Positions 1 through 7,918 of a stretch of DNA of 64,000 nt are shown piece by piece. Source of the DNA: Parcubacteria bacterium C7867-008 (GTDB lineage: Bacteria; Patescibacteriota; Minisyncoccia; Phycocordibacterales; Phycocordibacteraceae). A model generated the notes under the pieces. The model was not told the origin of the DNA and made no database searches. It saw nothing but the letters and a program-made list of their open reading frames with translations. The position numbers were made by a program, and so were the translations under genes. Location of the stretch: NCBI GenBank assembly GCA_001189215.1, contig LFCR01000004.1, forward strand, positions 313,635 through 377,634, written 5' to 3'. Every line of letters begins with the position of its first letter. The stretch's first letter is position 1.

Positions 1-41
1 TCCCAGCGCCTATTTTATAGTTTTATGAATGCTTTAGCGAA

Positions 42-368
42 TTACTGCCCTTCTTTCAGTCGGTCGATGATCATCTTGTAGCCTCCGGTGCCTTCTTTGA
101 GCCAGCGGTTTATCTTGGTGATCGTTCTAGGAGAGACCATTTCGTCGCCGTCCCACTTTTCCTGAATCTGCGTGAAAGACATACCTGCGTCAAGCATTTT
201 TGCGACCTCCAATCGCATACCGAACTCACGGAGATCCCGCTCGCTCATGAGATCGCGGAAGAAAGCCTTGAGCTCGTCTTCGTTTTTAAGCGACAGAAAA
301 GCCCTGATGAGGTCAGGCGATCTCTGCTCGATTTCGGCCCATATTCCGTTCTTTTCCTGGTCGTCCAT
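42..368 (-). CDS. TrpR-like YerC/YecD family DNA-binding protein
   Basis: 108 aa; overall similarity to the YerC/YecD TrpR-like family as I recall it (segments WAEIEQRSPDL...LSERDLREFGMRLEVAKML...SPRTITKINRWL). Confidence 0.55.
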   Translation of the reverse strand: MDDQEKNGIWAEIEQRSPDLIRAFLSLKNEDELKAFFRDLMSERDLREFGMRLEVAKMLDAGMSFTQIQEKWDGDEMVSPRTITKINRWLKEGTGGYKMIIDRLKEGQ

Positions 369-425
369 AGTGCTTCACTTGATTATAGCAATTTTCAGGG
401 CCGGAGGGGAAGCTTGAGATTTCCT

Positions 426-782
426 TTACTTTTTCTTCAGTTTTTCTTTATCTTTTCTTGAGGAAAACTTTACTTTTGGGATCAGCTGGAACTTCTGCAC
501 CTCCCTGGTCGCCCGATCAACGTCGGCGCTTACCCGGAGGGCTATCTCCCTACTCCGTTTGCTCTTGCGGTTGTTGAAGACGAACTCCACTTCCTCGTCG
601 TCTATAAAAGTAGCGAGTGAGATGTAGACCGCCGCCAGGTGCCGTATGCGGTCCTTGAGCGCTTGCTTCATTTTTGCCTTTGGCTGCGAAAGCCTAGAAA
701 GCCGATTGAATATCTCGTGCCGGTTGAAGGGTATGCGGATGTTTTGGGCAGCCTTTTCGATCGCCTCTATGTCTTCGTCCAC
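426..782 (-). CDS. hypothetical basic protein
   Basis: 118-aa intact ORF in the same minus-strand operon, Lys-rich C-terminus, no recognisable domain. Confidence 0.35.
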   Translation of the reverse strand: MDEDIEAIEKAAQNIRIPFNRHEIFNRLSRLSQPKAKMKQALKDRIRHLAAVYISLATFIDDEEVEFVFNNRKSKRSREIALRVSADVDRATREVQKFQLIPKVKFSSRKDKEKLKKK

Positions 783-835
783 AGCATACGAACATACCGA
801 GAAACGGGCAGGATATCTAGGAGGACCCTATGGGC

Positions 836-1573
836 CTAATTTCCAATTATCCCTAATATAAGCAAGGCTCCTATTACAAGCATTAGTCCTGCCACCACGT
901 AGCGAACAAAACCAATGGTGGTCTTTTTCATATATCTCGCACCAAGCCACGCACCAGCAAACGCGCAAAGTGTCCCGAAACCAATTAAGGCTATCTCGTG
1001 TTGCGTTATAGATGCGGCGTCCTTCAACCCAATCGCGTAAGTTGGTAGACGCACAAGATCAATCAGGACGGCAATAAATACTCCAGTTGCTATATATCGT
1101 TTCGCATCAAAGTCGGACTTCAAGAGGAACATGGAGCGCAGCGCACCCTGCTGTCCTGATAGACCACCCATAAACCCTGTGAGGACGCCGCCGAGGGAGA
1201 GATACTTTTTTGGGAACGTAAGACGCTGGAACCACGTCTGAAACTCGAGGACCGCAAAAATAATGAGGACGGCACCAATCACGATAGCTGCGACACGTGT
1301 ATCCAAATAAGTGAGCAGGGACGCGCCGATAATGGCGGCTGGGATGGCAGGAAGGCCGAAGCGAAGTACCGTTGGCCAGTCAACGAGCTTTCTTACGAGC
1401 GAGCCCTTGAAGAGGTTGTTGAGTAAGTGGACCGTACCTGTTGCCGCGAGTGCGATAGGTGCAGAAAAGAAGAGTGCAAAAGCAGGAAGTAGGAGAGTTC
1501 CCAAACCGAAACCTGAGAATAACGTGAGTGCTGACGCACCGAATGCTACAAGCCCGATAATCAAAAAATCCAT
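836..1573 (-). CDS. TauE/SafE (DUF81) family anion permease
   Basis: 245 aa, about 7-8 hydrophobic helices, Gly-rich N-terminal helix typical of TauE/SafE sulfite-exporter-like permeases. Confidence 0.6.
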   Translation of the reverse strand: MDFLIIGLVAFGASALTLFSGFGLGTLLLPAFALFFSAPIALAATGTVHLLNNLFKGSLVRKLVDWPTVLRFGLPAIPAAIIGASLLTYLDTRVAAIVIGAVLIIFAVLEFQTWFQRLTFPKKYLSLGGVLTGFMGGLSGQQGALRSMFLLKSDFDAKRYIATGVFIAVLIDLVRLPTYAIGLKDAASITQHEIALIGFGTLCAFAGAWLGARYMKKTTIGFVRYVVAGLMLVIGALLILGIIGN

Positions 1574-1606
1574 ATGTTCAATATACTCTTTTTTCTAACA
1601 GGTGCT

Positions 1607-1867
1607 CTACGCTAGAAAAACTGGGTTCGGATTCTGGCCAATGACCTCGAGGGTGTCCTGCTTTATGATCCGGCCGCAGTCGGCGCAAACATACAAGCCG
1701 TTCCAGTTGCTCCCGATCGTAGGCTCCATCTCGTTCCCTTTCTCGTCACAGGGGTAAAAACCGCCGTCACAGGGCGTATTTTTGCAGATGCAGTGCCAGG
1801 CGTCCCGGTCCTCCGGCTCGTGGGTTATATGTTCTTTGGGCATAGTGAACGACACTACTGTAAGCAA
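1607..1867 (-). CDS. small Cys-rich protein (putative metal-binding)
   Basis: 86 aa with 9 Cys in C-x-C / C-x2-C spacing (CICKNTPCDGGFYPCDEKG...CADCGRI). Confidence 0.35.
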   Translation of the reverse strand: MLTVVSFTMPKEHITHEPEDRDAWHCICKNTPCDGGFYPCDEKGNEMEPTIGSNWNGLYVCADCGRIIKQDTLEVIGQNPNPVFLA

Positions 1868-1890
1868 AAAACATAGTCAACGGGTGGGAA

Positions 1891-2727
1891 TTACCAGCAA
1901 ACCACGGGTTTCTCACCGATCTGTTGTTCGAGGTAATTCTCTGCTTCAGTCCAACTACCGATTTCGTCGATGAGCTTGAGCGAGATTGCTGCAACCCCGA
2001 GCACGGAAGAGCCGTCAGCGATTTTCCTTACTTCTTCTACCGGGATGTTTCTGTTTTCGGCGACCGCTTCTATAAAGTTCTCGTGGACGATTTTAACGTC
2101 TCGGAGGAGCACCGCTTTTTCTTCCTCTGTGAGCGGCTTATCTGGATCGCCTGCGTCTTTGTATTTTCCGCTTGAGAGCTGAACGTACTTCTTGGTGTCG
2201 TCGATATTCTCCAGGTAAGACATCGTGACGCCGATGCCGCCAATATCTGAGTTCTTTGAGGCGAAGATATGATCCGCGCCGGTTGCGGCCAGGTATGCTG
2301 CCGATGTCCCGCTCTGCCGTATGACAACGACTGAAGGCTTGCTGAGCGCTTTAAGGGCGTTTGCTATTTCTTCTCCCGCCACTGGCGCTCCCCCGTATGA
2401 ATCCACTTCCAGCAGTACCGCCTTTATACTCGGATCATCATCTGCGCTCATGATCGCGCTGACTACTTCCTCGCTTCCGACCACATCCTCGGTCGCGGCA
2501 TCTTCTTCTTCCTCGCCCCTCATTTCATTCGGAACGTATGTGAGCATGGTGCCGTGGAGATTGATCCCCATCACTGTGCAGCTTGAGTCATCATAACTAT
2601 CCGAGAGCATCTCCCCATCCCCATACATGACCGAGTCGTAAATCGCGTAGCTGATGAAGCTCAGGACGACGAACGCGATAGCAATTCCACCGAAGAAGAG
2701 GGTGCCTTTAAGGTATTTGTTCGTCAT
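1891..2727 (-). CDS. sppA: signal peptide peptidase SppA (S49 family, 36K type)
   Basis: N-terminal TM anchor followed by ClpP/crotonase-like S49 signature SAAYLAATGADHIFASKNSDIGGIGV. Confidence 0.7.
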   Translation of the reverse strand: MTNKYLKGTLFFGGIAIAFVVLSFISYAIYDSVMYGDGEMLSDSYDDSSCTVMGINLHGTMLTYVPNEMRGEEEEDAATEDVVGSEEVVSAIMSADDDPSIKAVLLEVDSYGGAPVAGEEIANALKALSKPSVVVIRQSGTSAAYLAATGADHIFASKNSDIGGIGVTMSYLENIDDTKKYVQLSSGKYKDAGDPDKPLTEEEKAVLLRDVKIVHENFIEAVAENRNIPVEEVRKIADGSSVLGVAAISLKLIDEIGSWTEAENYLEQQIGEKPVVCW

Positions 2728-2729
2728 GC

Positions 2730-3308
2730 CTAGTACTGGTTGAACTGTGCTGGATCGACCTCGCTTGCGCTTGCGGTGCCACCAGCGACAGAGTTAAGAG
2801 TTACCTCCCAGCCCGCGGATTGCGTGCTCGTTGTATCGAAGGGGAAGGTATCGTCAAAGGATTGGAAGTGCTCGTTTCGGTTGAACTTCTGCGCGGTCGC
2901 GTCCCAGTCCGTTCCTTGGGCAAAGGCGAGCCAGTAGGTACCGTCGCTGATGCCCTCCATCGTGTAGGTATCGCCTGCCTTAATGTAGACAGTAAGGACC
3001 GAAGCGCCGTCACGGATCAGCTTTGCCACAGCGTCGTAGCTGGTTCCGTTCGATATCTCGAGTTGCCCCTCCCCACCGAGGTAGGCGGCACGCTTCTTTA
3101 TCACTGTGCCGGTCGGCAAGGAATTGCCTGGCGTGAGGTCCGGCTGGTAGTCGGAGGTTTGCTCTGCTTGTGCTGACGTATCTGGAGGCGGAAGCGACGA
3201 CGAGTTGCTGCTGTCATCGAGCGCCCCTGCAATGATCACGATTGCGATAAGACCGAGAAACCAGAAGCGGCCTGCTATGGAAAGTAAATGACTAAAAAAG
3301 TTCTTCAT
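2730..3308 (-). CDS. secreted/membrane-anchored hypothetical protein
   Basis: 192 aa, N-terminal hydrophobic anchor, Ser-rich linker; the stop abuts sppA by 2 nt. Confidence 0.4.
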   Translation of the reverse strand: MKNFFSHLLSIAGRFWFLGLIAIVIIAGALDDSSNSSSLPPPDTSAQAEQTSDYQPDLTPGNSLPTGTVIKKRAAYLGGEGQLEISNGTSYDAVAKLIRDGASVLTVYIKAGDTYTMEGISDGTYWLAFAQGTDWDATAQKFNRNEHFQSFDDTFPFDTTSTQSAGWEVTLNSVAGGTASASEVDPAQFNQY

Positions 3309-3311
3309 AAA

Positions 3312-3653
3312 TTATGTATTTGCTGATAATGATTTCTTCGGTGAATTGAAGAATACGAGCGCGACCACCAGGTCCGCGATGGACCAGAGGAAGTGTCCGA
3401 AGTAGAGAGGGTTAATAGGATTGAAAATGATGGCGATCACAATCATGACAACCATCCACTTTGTATTCTTCTCCTTGTGGTAAAGCCAGGCTGAGTGCGC
3501 TGCTGCTGCGAACACCACTAACTTCAGGAATTGGTAGGCGAAATAAGGCCAGATCGGAATTATCGCAATGAGCAGGAGGATGCCTGCGATCTTTGAGAAG
3601 AGTATTCGGTATTTTATATGCTCAGGGCTGGTCATGGCGTTATGCTCTTTCAA
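3312..3653 (-). CDS. small integral membrane protein
   Basis: 113 aa, 3-4 predicted TM helices; its start overlaps the end of the AAA+ gene. Confidence 0.4.
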   Translation of the reverse strand: MKEHNAMTSPEHIKYRILFSKIAGILLLIAIIPIWPYFAYQFLKLVVFAAAAHSAWLYHKEKNTKWMVVMIVIAIIFNPINPLYFGHFLWSIADLVVALVFFNSPKKSLSANT

Positions 3654-4725
3654 GGTCAGAGAACTGGTCGTAGTAGGTGATTTCGTGCTGGGAGATCGAC
3701 GGCTTGAATTTGCTGATGACCGAGACGATCATCTTTTCTGTGATCGAATTCCGGTCCTCTGCAACGGCGAGCCGGGCCACTTCCGTCACGATAAGCTCGA
3801 TGTCTGAGCTCACGAAGAATTCCGTCATCTCGGAGAGCTTTCCGAAGTCGATGTCCGCTTCGTAGGGACGGCCGGAGAGACAGAGCTTGAACATCTCCTT
3901 GCGAGCCTCGAAGTCTGGCGGCGACACGTAAATTCGCTTGTCCATGCGTCCGGAGCGCATGATCGCCGTATCGATGAGATGCGGGCGGTTGGTTGCGCCG
4001 ACGATAAGGATGCCGTTGTCTCCGGCGTCATTGAACTGCATGAGAAACTCGTTGATCTCCTCCTGCTTGTGCGCGGTGCTCGACACGAGGTTTTCTCTCT
4101 TAGGCAGCAATCCCTCAAGCTCGTCGATGAATACGATGGACGGACGCTTTGCTTTCGCCATGTCGAATACCTTCGCTATTTTCTCGACGCTTCCATGCAC
4201 GTAAGGAGAAGCAACGTCCGAGTGTTTTACCTCGACGAAGTTGTAGTTGATTTCTTCTGCGAGCTTACGGACGATGAATGTCTTGCCGCAGCCTGGTGGC
4301 CCGTAGAGAAGGATTCCATTCGGTACGGAGAGTTTGAATTTCTTGAATTTCTCCGGATTCAGGAGCGGCTCGATGACTTCCTCTCGGAGCAGCGTCTTTA
4401 GGTCGTTCATTCCCGCGACGCAGTCAAAGCCGCGCAGGACCGTCAGCTCGTCTATGATCTTGACGATCATTTCCTGCGAGTGGGATTCAGTGATCACGCC
4501 CAGCTCCTCCGTTCCATTGAGATTGAACTTCACGAGCTCGTACTTTCCTTTTCGATCGATGACGTCGTTCGGCTTTATCGTCGTGAAGAGGTAGAAGAAC
4601 TTGCCGTTAGACAGCGAATAAACCTCGGTGAAGAATATCTTCTCGATACGGGCGACGATGGTAATGTCATCCTTTAGCTTGAAGCCGGGATGCAGCGCTG
4701 GTTTTGTTGGTGTTGTATTTGTCAT
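3640..4725 (-). CDS. AAA+ family ATPase (Cdc48/SpoVK-like single AAA domain)
   Basis: Walker A GPPGCGKT, Walker B IVFIDELE, sensor-1 GATNRP and arginine finger (AIMRSGRMD), with an N-terminal substrate-like domain. Confidence 0.75.
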   Translation of the reverse strand: MTNTTPTKPALHPGFKLKDDITIVARIEKIFFTEVYSLSNGKFFYLFTTIKPNDVIDRKGKYELVKFNLNGTEELGVITESHSQEMIVKIIDELTVLRGFDCVAGMNDLKTLLREEVIEPLLNPEKFKKFKLSVPNGILLYGPPGCGKTFIVRKLAEEINYNFVEVKHSDVASPYVHGSVEKIAKVFDMAKAKRPSIVFIDELEGLLPKRENLVSSTAHKQEEINEFLMQFNDAGDNGILIVGATNRPHLIDTAIMRSGRMDKRIYVSPPDFEARKEMFKLCLSGRPYEADIDFGKLSEMTEFFVSSDIELIVTEVARLAVAEDRNSITEKMIVSVISKFKPSISQHEITYYDQFSDLERA

Positions 4726-4726
4726 A

Positions 4727-5593
4727 TTAATAAGGCGCCGTGCAGATGTACGCTCCGTCTTCTACATACCCCGCGTACCGGCTGTTGCGCCCCACGTCGC
4801 GCTCGCACGTTTGGTTGATGGAGGCGGTCGTGACACAGGCGTTGCGAGCTATGTTGAAATCGTATCCGTAGCTGCAGTCGCAGACCCGCTTCCCGTTTTC
4901 GGTAGTTGAATAGCTACCCGACCCGAAGGATGCCTGGCACGATTGATTGTAGGATGTCTGGCTGTAGCAAGCAGTTCGATCATTGTTCCAGGAATATCCG
5001 GCTTTGCAGTCGCAGATGCTGGTGCCCTCCTCGTCGTAGCGTAGGAAGCTCGAATTCGCCCACTCTGCCGAACAGCTGTCGTTCCGTGCCTCTAGTAGGC
5101 TAACGCACTGGTTCGTTGTATCGCTCGTGTAGTAGCCGCTCATGCAGCCGCAGCTGTTGTCGGTACTATCATAGGTAGCATACGATCCGTGCCGTTCCTG
5201 GCAGATCTCGTAGTTCGACTTCGTGGTCGGTTCTGGAGCCGTGTATACCGGCTCGGGTTCTGGCTCAGGATCAGCCACAGAAGGCTTAGGCAGCTCTGCG
5301 GGTGCCTCTGTGGTGTCTGCTACCGCCGTAGGGGCTTCTATAGCCGGTGTTGCGCCGGTAAGGGCGTCAGAGCCGCTATTATTGCCGCTGGTGCCTATCC
5401 AAGCGCCGATGATGATGATAGCGCCGACGAAGACGGCACCGGCGATCCACTTGGCATTGTCCGACATCGGCTCATCATCGAAGGAGGTCGAGGGCTCGTC
5501 TTTCTTTTTGGCAGCAGCTTTTTCAGGGCTCGCCGCTGGTGCGTCCTTCTCTAAGAAATCGAGATCAAGATTGAGTTTGTCCTTCTTTTCCAT
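4727..5593 (-). CDS. single-pass membrane protein with Cys-rich repeat ectodomain
   Basis: 288 aa; cytoplasmic N-terminus, one TM, Pro/Glu linker, then four or more repeats of C-x-C-x2-GY-x6-10-C. Confidence 0.45.
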   Translation of the reverse strand: MEKKDKLNLDLDFLEKDAPAASPEKAAAKKKDEPSTSFDDEPMSDNAKWIAGAVFVGAIIIIGAWIGTSGNNSGSDALTGATPAIEAPTAVADTTEAPAELPKPSVADPEPEPEPVYTAPEPTTKSNYEICQERHGSYATYDSTDNSCGCMSGYYTSDTTNQCVSLLEARNDSCSAEWANSSFLRYDEEGTSICDCKAGYSWNNDRTACYSQTSYNQSCQASFGSGSYSTTENGKRVCDCSYGYDFNIARNACVTTASINQTCERDVGRNSRYAGYVEDGAYICTAPY

Positions 5594-5597
5594 GTGT

Positions 5598-6311
5598 TTA
5601 TGAGGAGCCTAGGGCCGCGAATCCTATAACGAGTGCATAGAATATTCCCGGCGCGACAGCGAACCACCAGATCGCTCGACCTTTTTCTGCTCCCATGACT
5701 TCCCTTGCTGCTTTGTAGCCCATTCGTATTGCGTAAATAAGGACCGGGATCAAGAGCAGGAAGCAGATTATATCAACGACCGATCCGTCGTAGGCGTAGC
5801 TGGAGAAGTAGTCGTCTCCATACGCCATGTTATTGAAAACAAACGAGAGGATGCTTAGGAACGCGATCGGCAATGAGGAGAAGACATAAATATTCCTTGA
5901 TGTGTCGACGTTGCGGTTTCCCTTCGACCATCCTATTCGCACGTCATAGAACCAGCCCGCGATGAAATAAACGAGGGCTCCTGAGAGGATGCCGCCGAAG
6001 AGCGCGATTGCCCATGCTTCGCCCCAGCTCGAGTAGTCGCTGCTTGATCCGATGACGCGATCCGCGACAGTTCCCACGCCGACGACCCACACTACGAAGA
6101 GGAGGTATTTCGGGTTGTTCTTTGTCGTCAGATACTTCTCGGCGAATTTCGGGAAGTGCGTGAAGCACTCCTTGAAATACTCAAGGAACTTTACCTGGTC
6201 GCCGTGCGCTGCGGCCGCCTTTGGCTCTGGAGCTGCAGCCGTGCTCTTTTCAGCAGTCGGCTTGGCGTTTTCGTCCAGGAAGTTGAAGTCTAGGTGTGTT
6301 TTTTCGCTCAT
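5598..6311 (-). CDS. multi-pass membrane protein (Yip1-like topology)
   Basis: 237 aa, about 5 TM helices; its N-terminus shares the motif LDxxFLxxxAxP with the adjacent gene. Confidence 0.45.
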   Translation of the reverse strand: MSEKTHLDFNFLDENAKPTAEKSTAAAPEPKAAAAHGDQVKFLEYFKECFTHFPKFAEKYLTTKNNPKYLLFVVWVVGVGTVADRVIGSSSDYSSWGEAWAIALFGGILSGALVYFIAGWFYDVRIGWSKGNRNVDTSRNIYVFSSLPIAFLSILSFVFNNMAYGDDYFSSYAYDGSVVDIICFLLLIPVLIYAIRMGYKAAREVMGAEKGRAIWWFAVAPGIFYALVIGFAALGSS

Positions 6312-6315
6312 AAAA

Positions 6316-7914
6316 TTAATTGAATAGTGCGCCGAGCACGATGATGATAATGATCCACACTATCCAGCCGATTGCGCTCGACTTGGTGTTTTCGGCCTTC
6401 TTCTTTTTGATGACCTCGCCGAGGCCGACGTAGTAGTAGCCGTTGACGAGCACCTTGATCGCCATCTGCTCCCACCGCTCGTCGAACGCGTCGTCGATCT
6501 TCTTAATCATTTTATCCTGGATCGCATCGACCTCTTTGGCGTTTTCCGACGTCATGATTTTGACGTTGTCTTTTATCAGCTGTAGCCAGGAATCGACTAC
6601 CGACTTGTCGACATCGAATATCTCGATATTCTCGTAAACGATTGCGGCTGCTTTTTGCAGGCGAGGTGCCGCTTCGTCGTATTTATCCTTTTCAAATAGT
6701 TTGCGGCCCTCGAGGAATTCGCCCACGGCGTACATGGTTACTGCCTCCTTTTTCTTCGAGTTCATTGCATCGACCAGGTCCGTTTCGTCTTTGTGTTCTT
6801 CCTTAGTCTTGTCGATGAGAGCGATGGCTTCGACGTACTTCTTTTCTTTCAGGAGTTCGAGAACCGGGCTGATCTTTGCCATGTCCTTCTTGTTTTGCTC
6901 GAAGGTATCTAGGTCCTGCTGGAGTTTGTGCTTCATGCCTGGCGTACCCACGAACTGCATGGCGACCTTGAGCAGTTGCTCTGCCTTCGGAAGGTCGTCG
7001 AGGTTGTTATGGATATCCAGGACAATTGACCGGATGGCTGCGGCTGCGCGGTCCCGGATCGTCTTTGTCTGGCTGTCGTCGTACAGGCCGAGGTCTATAA
7101 GCTTGTTGCTGGATTCCTGAATCTGGCCGATGTACTGCTTTATCTGGGCAGCCTCATCTTGGTCGAACTCCCCGTCCTCGGACACCTTCATTGCTTCCAG
7201 TTTCTCGACCGCGGCGGTGATGTCATTGAAGATTGGGTTGAGGACCACCTTTTCGGTCTTCTGTCCTCGCACATTGAATAGCTGTCCGAATTCGCTTATG
7301 TACGAGTCGTCTTTGTGCTCGTGGCTGAGTTCGGTATAGAGGTCCGAGATGTATGACGCGCATTCGCTTTGGAATGCCGTGATGATTGCCTGATCGGTAT
7401 CTAGTTCGTCGTTCAGCTTGTAGGCTTTCGAGAAGGCGCTCCAGAATTTGGTCGAATTGACGATCTCGCTCCACAGCTGCAGGGATTTCTTGAGGTACTT
7501 CTCGTTGTTCTCTTTGAACAGGAGGAGTCCGTAGAGGATCGCCAAGTTCTTCTTATAGAAAAGTGCCTTGATGGTGTCGCCCTCGGCATGATGCTCCCAT
7601 ATCCTGATAGCCTCCTCCGGCTGCTTCTTCCTGAAGACTCCTACGGCCTGCTGGTCTATGTCGTCCGCGATGTGGAACCAGAAGAAGTATTCTTTGATCT
7701 GCTTCTTCGGCGAGGTAAGCCGCTGGATTGCTTCCTTCACTGATTCCTCGGTACGGAAATTATCAAAAATCCCGAGGTCGAGGTCGTACTCGGGAGTGTC
7801 GTCGATCTGAAGGAATTTTACGATCTCTTTCGCTCGCCTTTGTATGTCTTTCTGAGCTGCAGACGTGTCGAGGCCGAGGATGTGATACGCGTTGTTTTTG
7901 AGGAGGTTAGACAT
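6316..7914 (-). CDS. J-domain-like co-chaperone-like protein, C-terminal tail anchor
   Basis: N-terminal AYHILGLDTSAAQKDIQRRAKEIVKFL resembles J-domain helices I-II, but QIDD replaces HPD; the C-terminal 20 aa are a TM helix (IGWIVWIIIIIVLGALF). Confidence 0.45.
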   Translation of the reverse strand: MSNLLKNNAYHILGLDTSAAQKDIQRRAKEIVKFLQIDDTPEYDLDLGIFDNFRTEESVKEAIQRLTSPKKQIKEYFFWFHIADDIDQQAVGVFRKKQPEEAIRIWEHHAEGDTIKALFYKKNLAILYGLLLFKENNEKYLKKSLQLWSEIVNSTKFWSAFSKAYKLNDELDTDQAIITAFQSECASYISDLYTELSHEHKDDSYISEFGQLFNVRGQKTEKVVLNPIFNDITAAVEKLEAMKVSEDGEFDQDEAAQIKQYIGQIQESSNKLIDLGLYDDSQTKTIRDRAAAAIRSIVLDIHNNLDDLPKAEQLLKVAMQFVGTPGMKHKLQQDLDTFEQNKKDMAKISPVLELLKEKKYVEAIALIDKTKEEHKDETDLVDAMNSKKKEAVTMYAVGEFLEGRKLFEKDKYDEAAPRLQKAAAIVYENIEIFDVDKSVVDSWLQLIKDNVKIMTSENAKEVDAIQDKMIKKIDDAFDERWEQMAIKVLVNGYYYVGLGEVIKKKKAENTKSSAIGWIVWIIIIIVLGALFN

Positions 7915-7918
7915 GGGT

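Noticed and set aside
172-417. 81-aa plus ORF antisense to the TrpR-like gene, and similar antisense ORFs (639-861, 1782-1973)
   Set aside because: They overlap well-supported minus-strand genes and have Ser/Arg-rich low-complexity translations.
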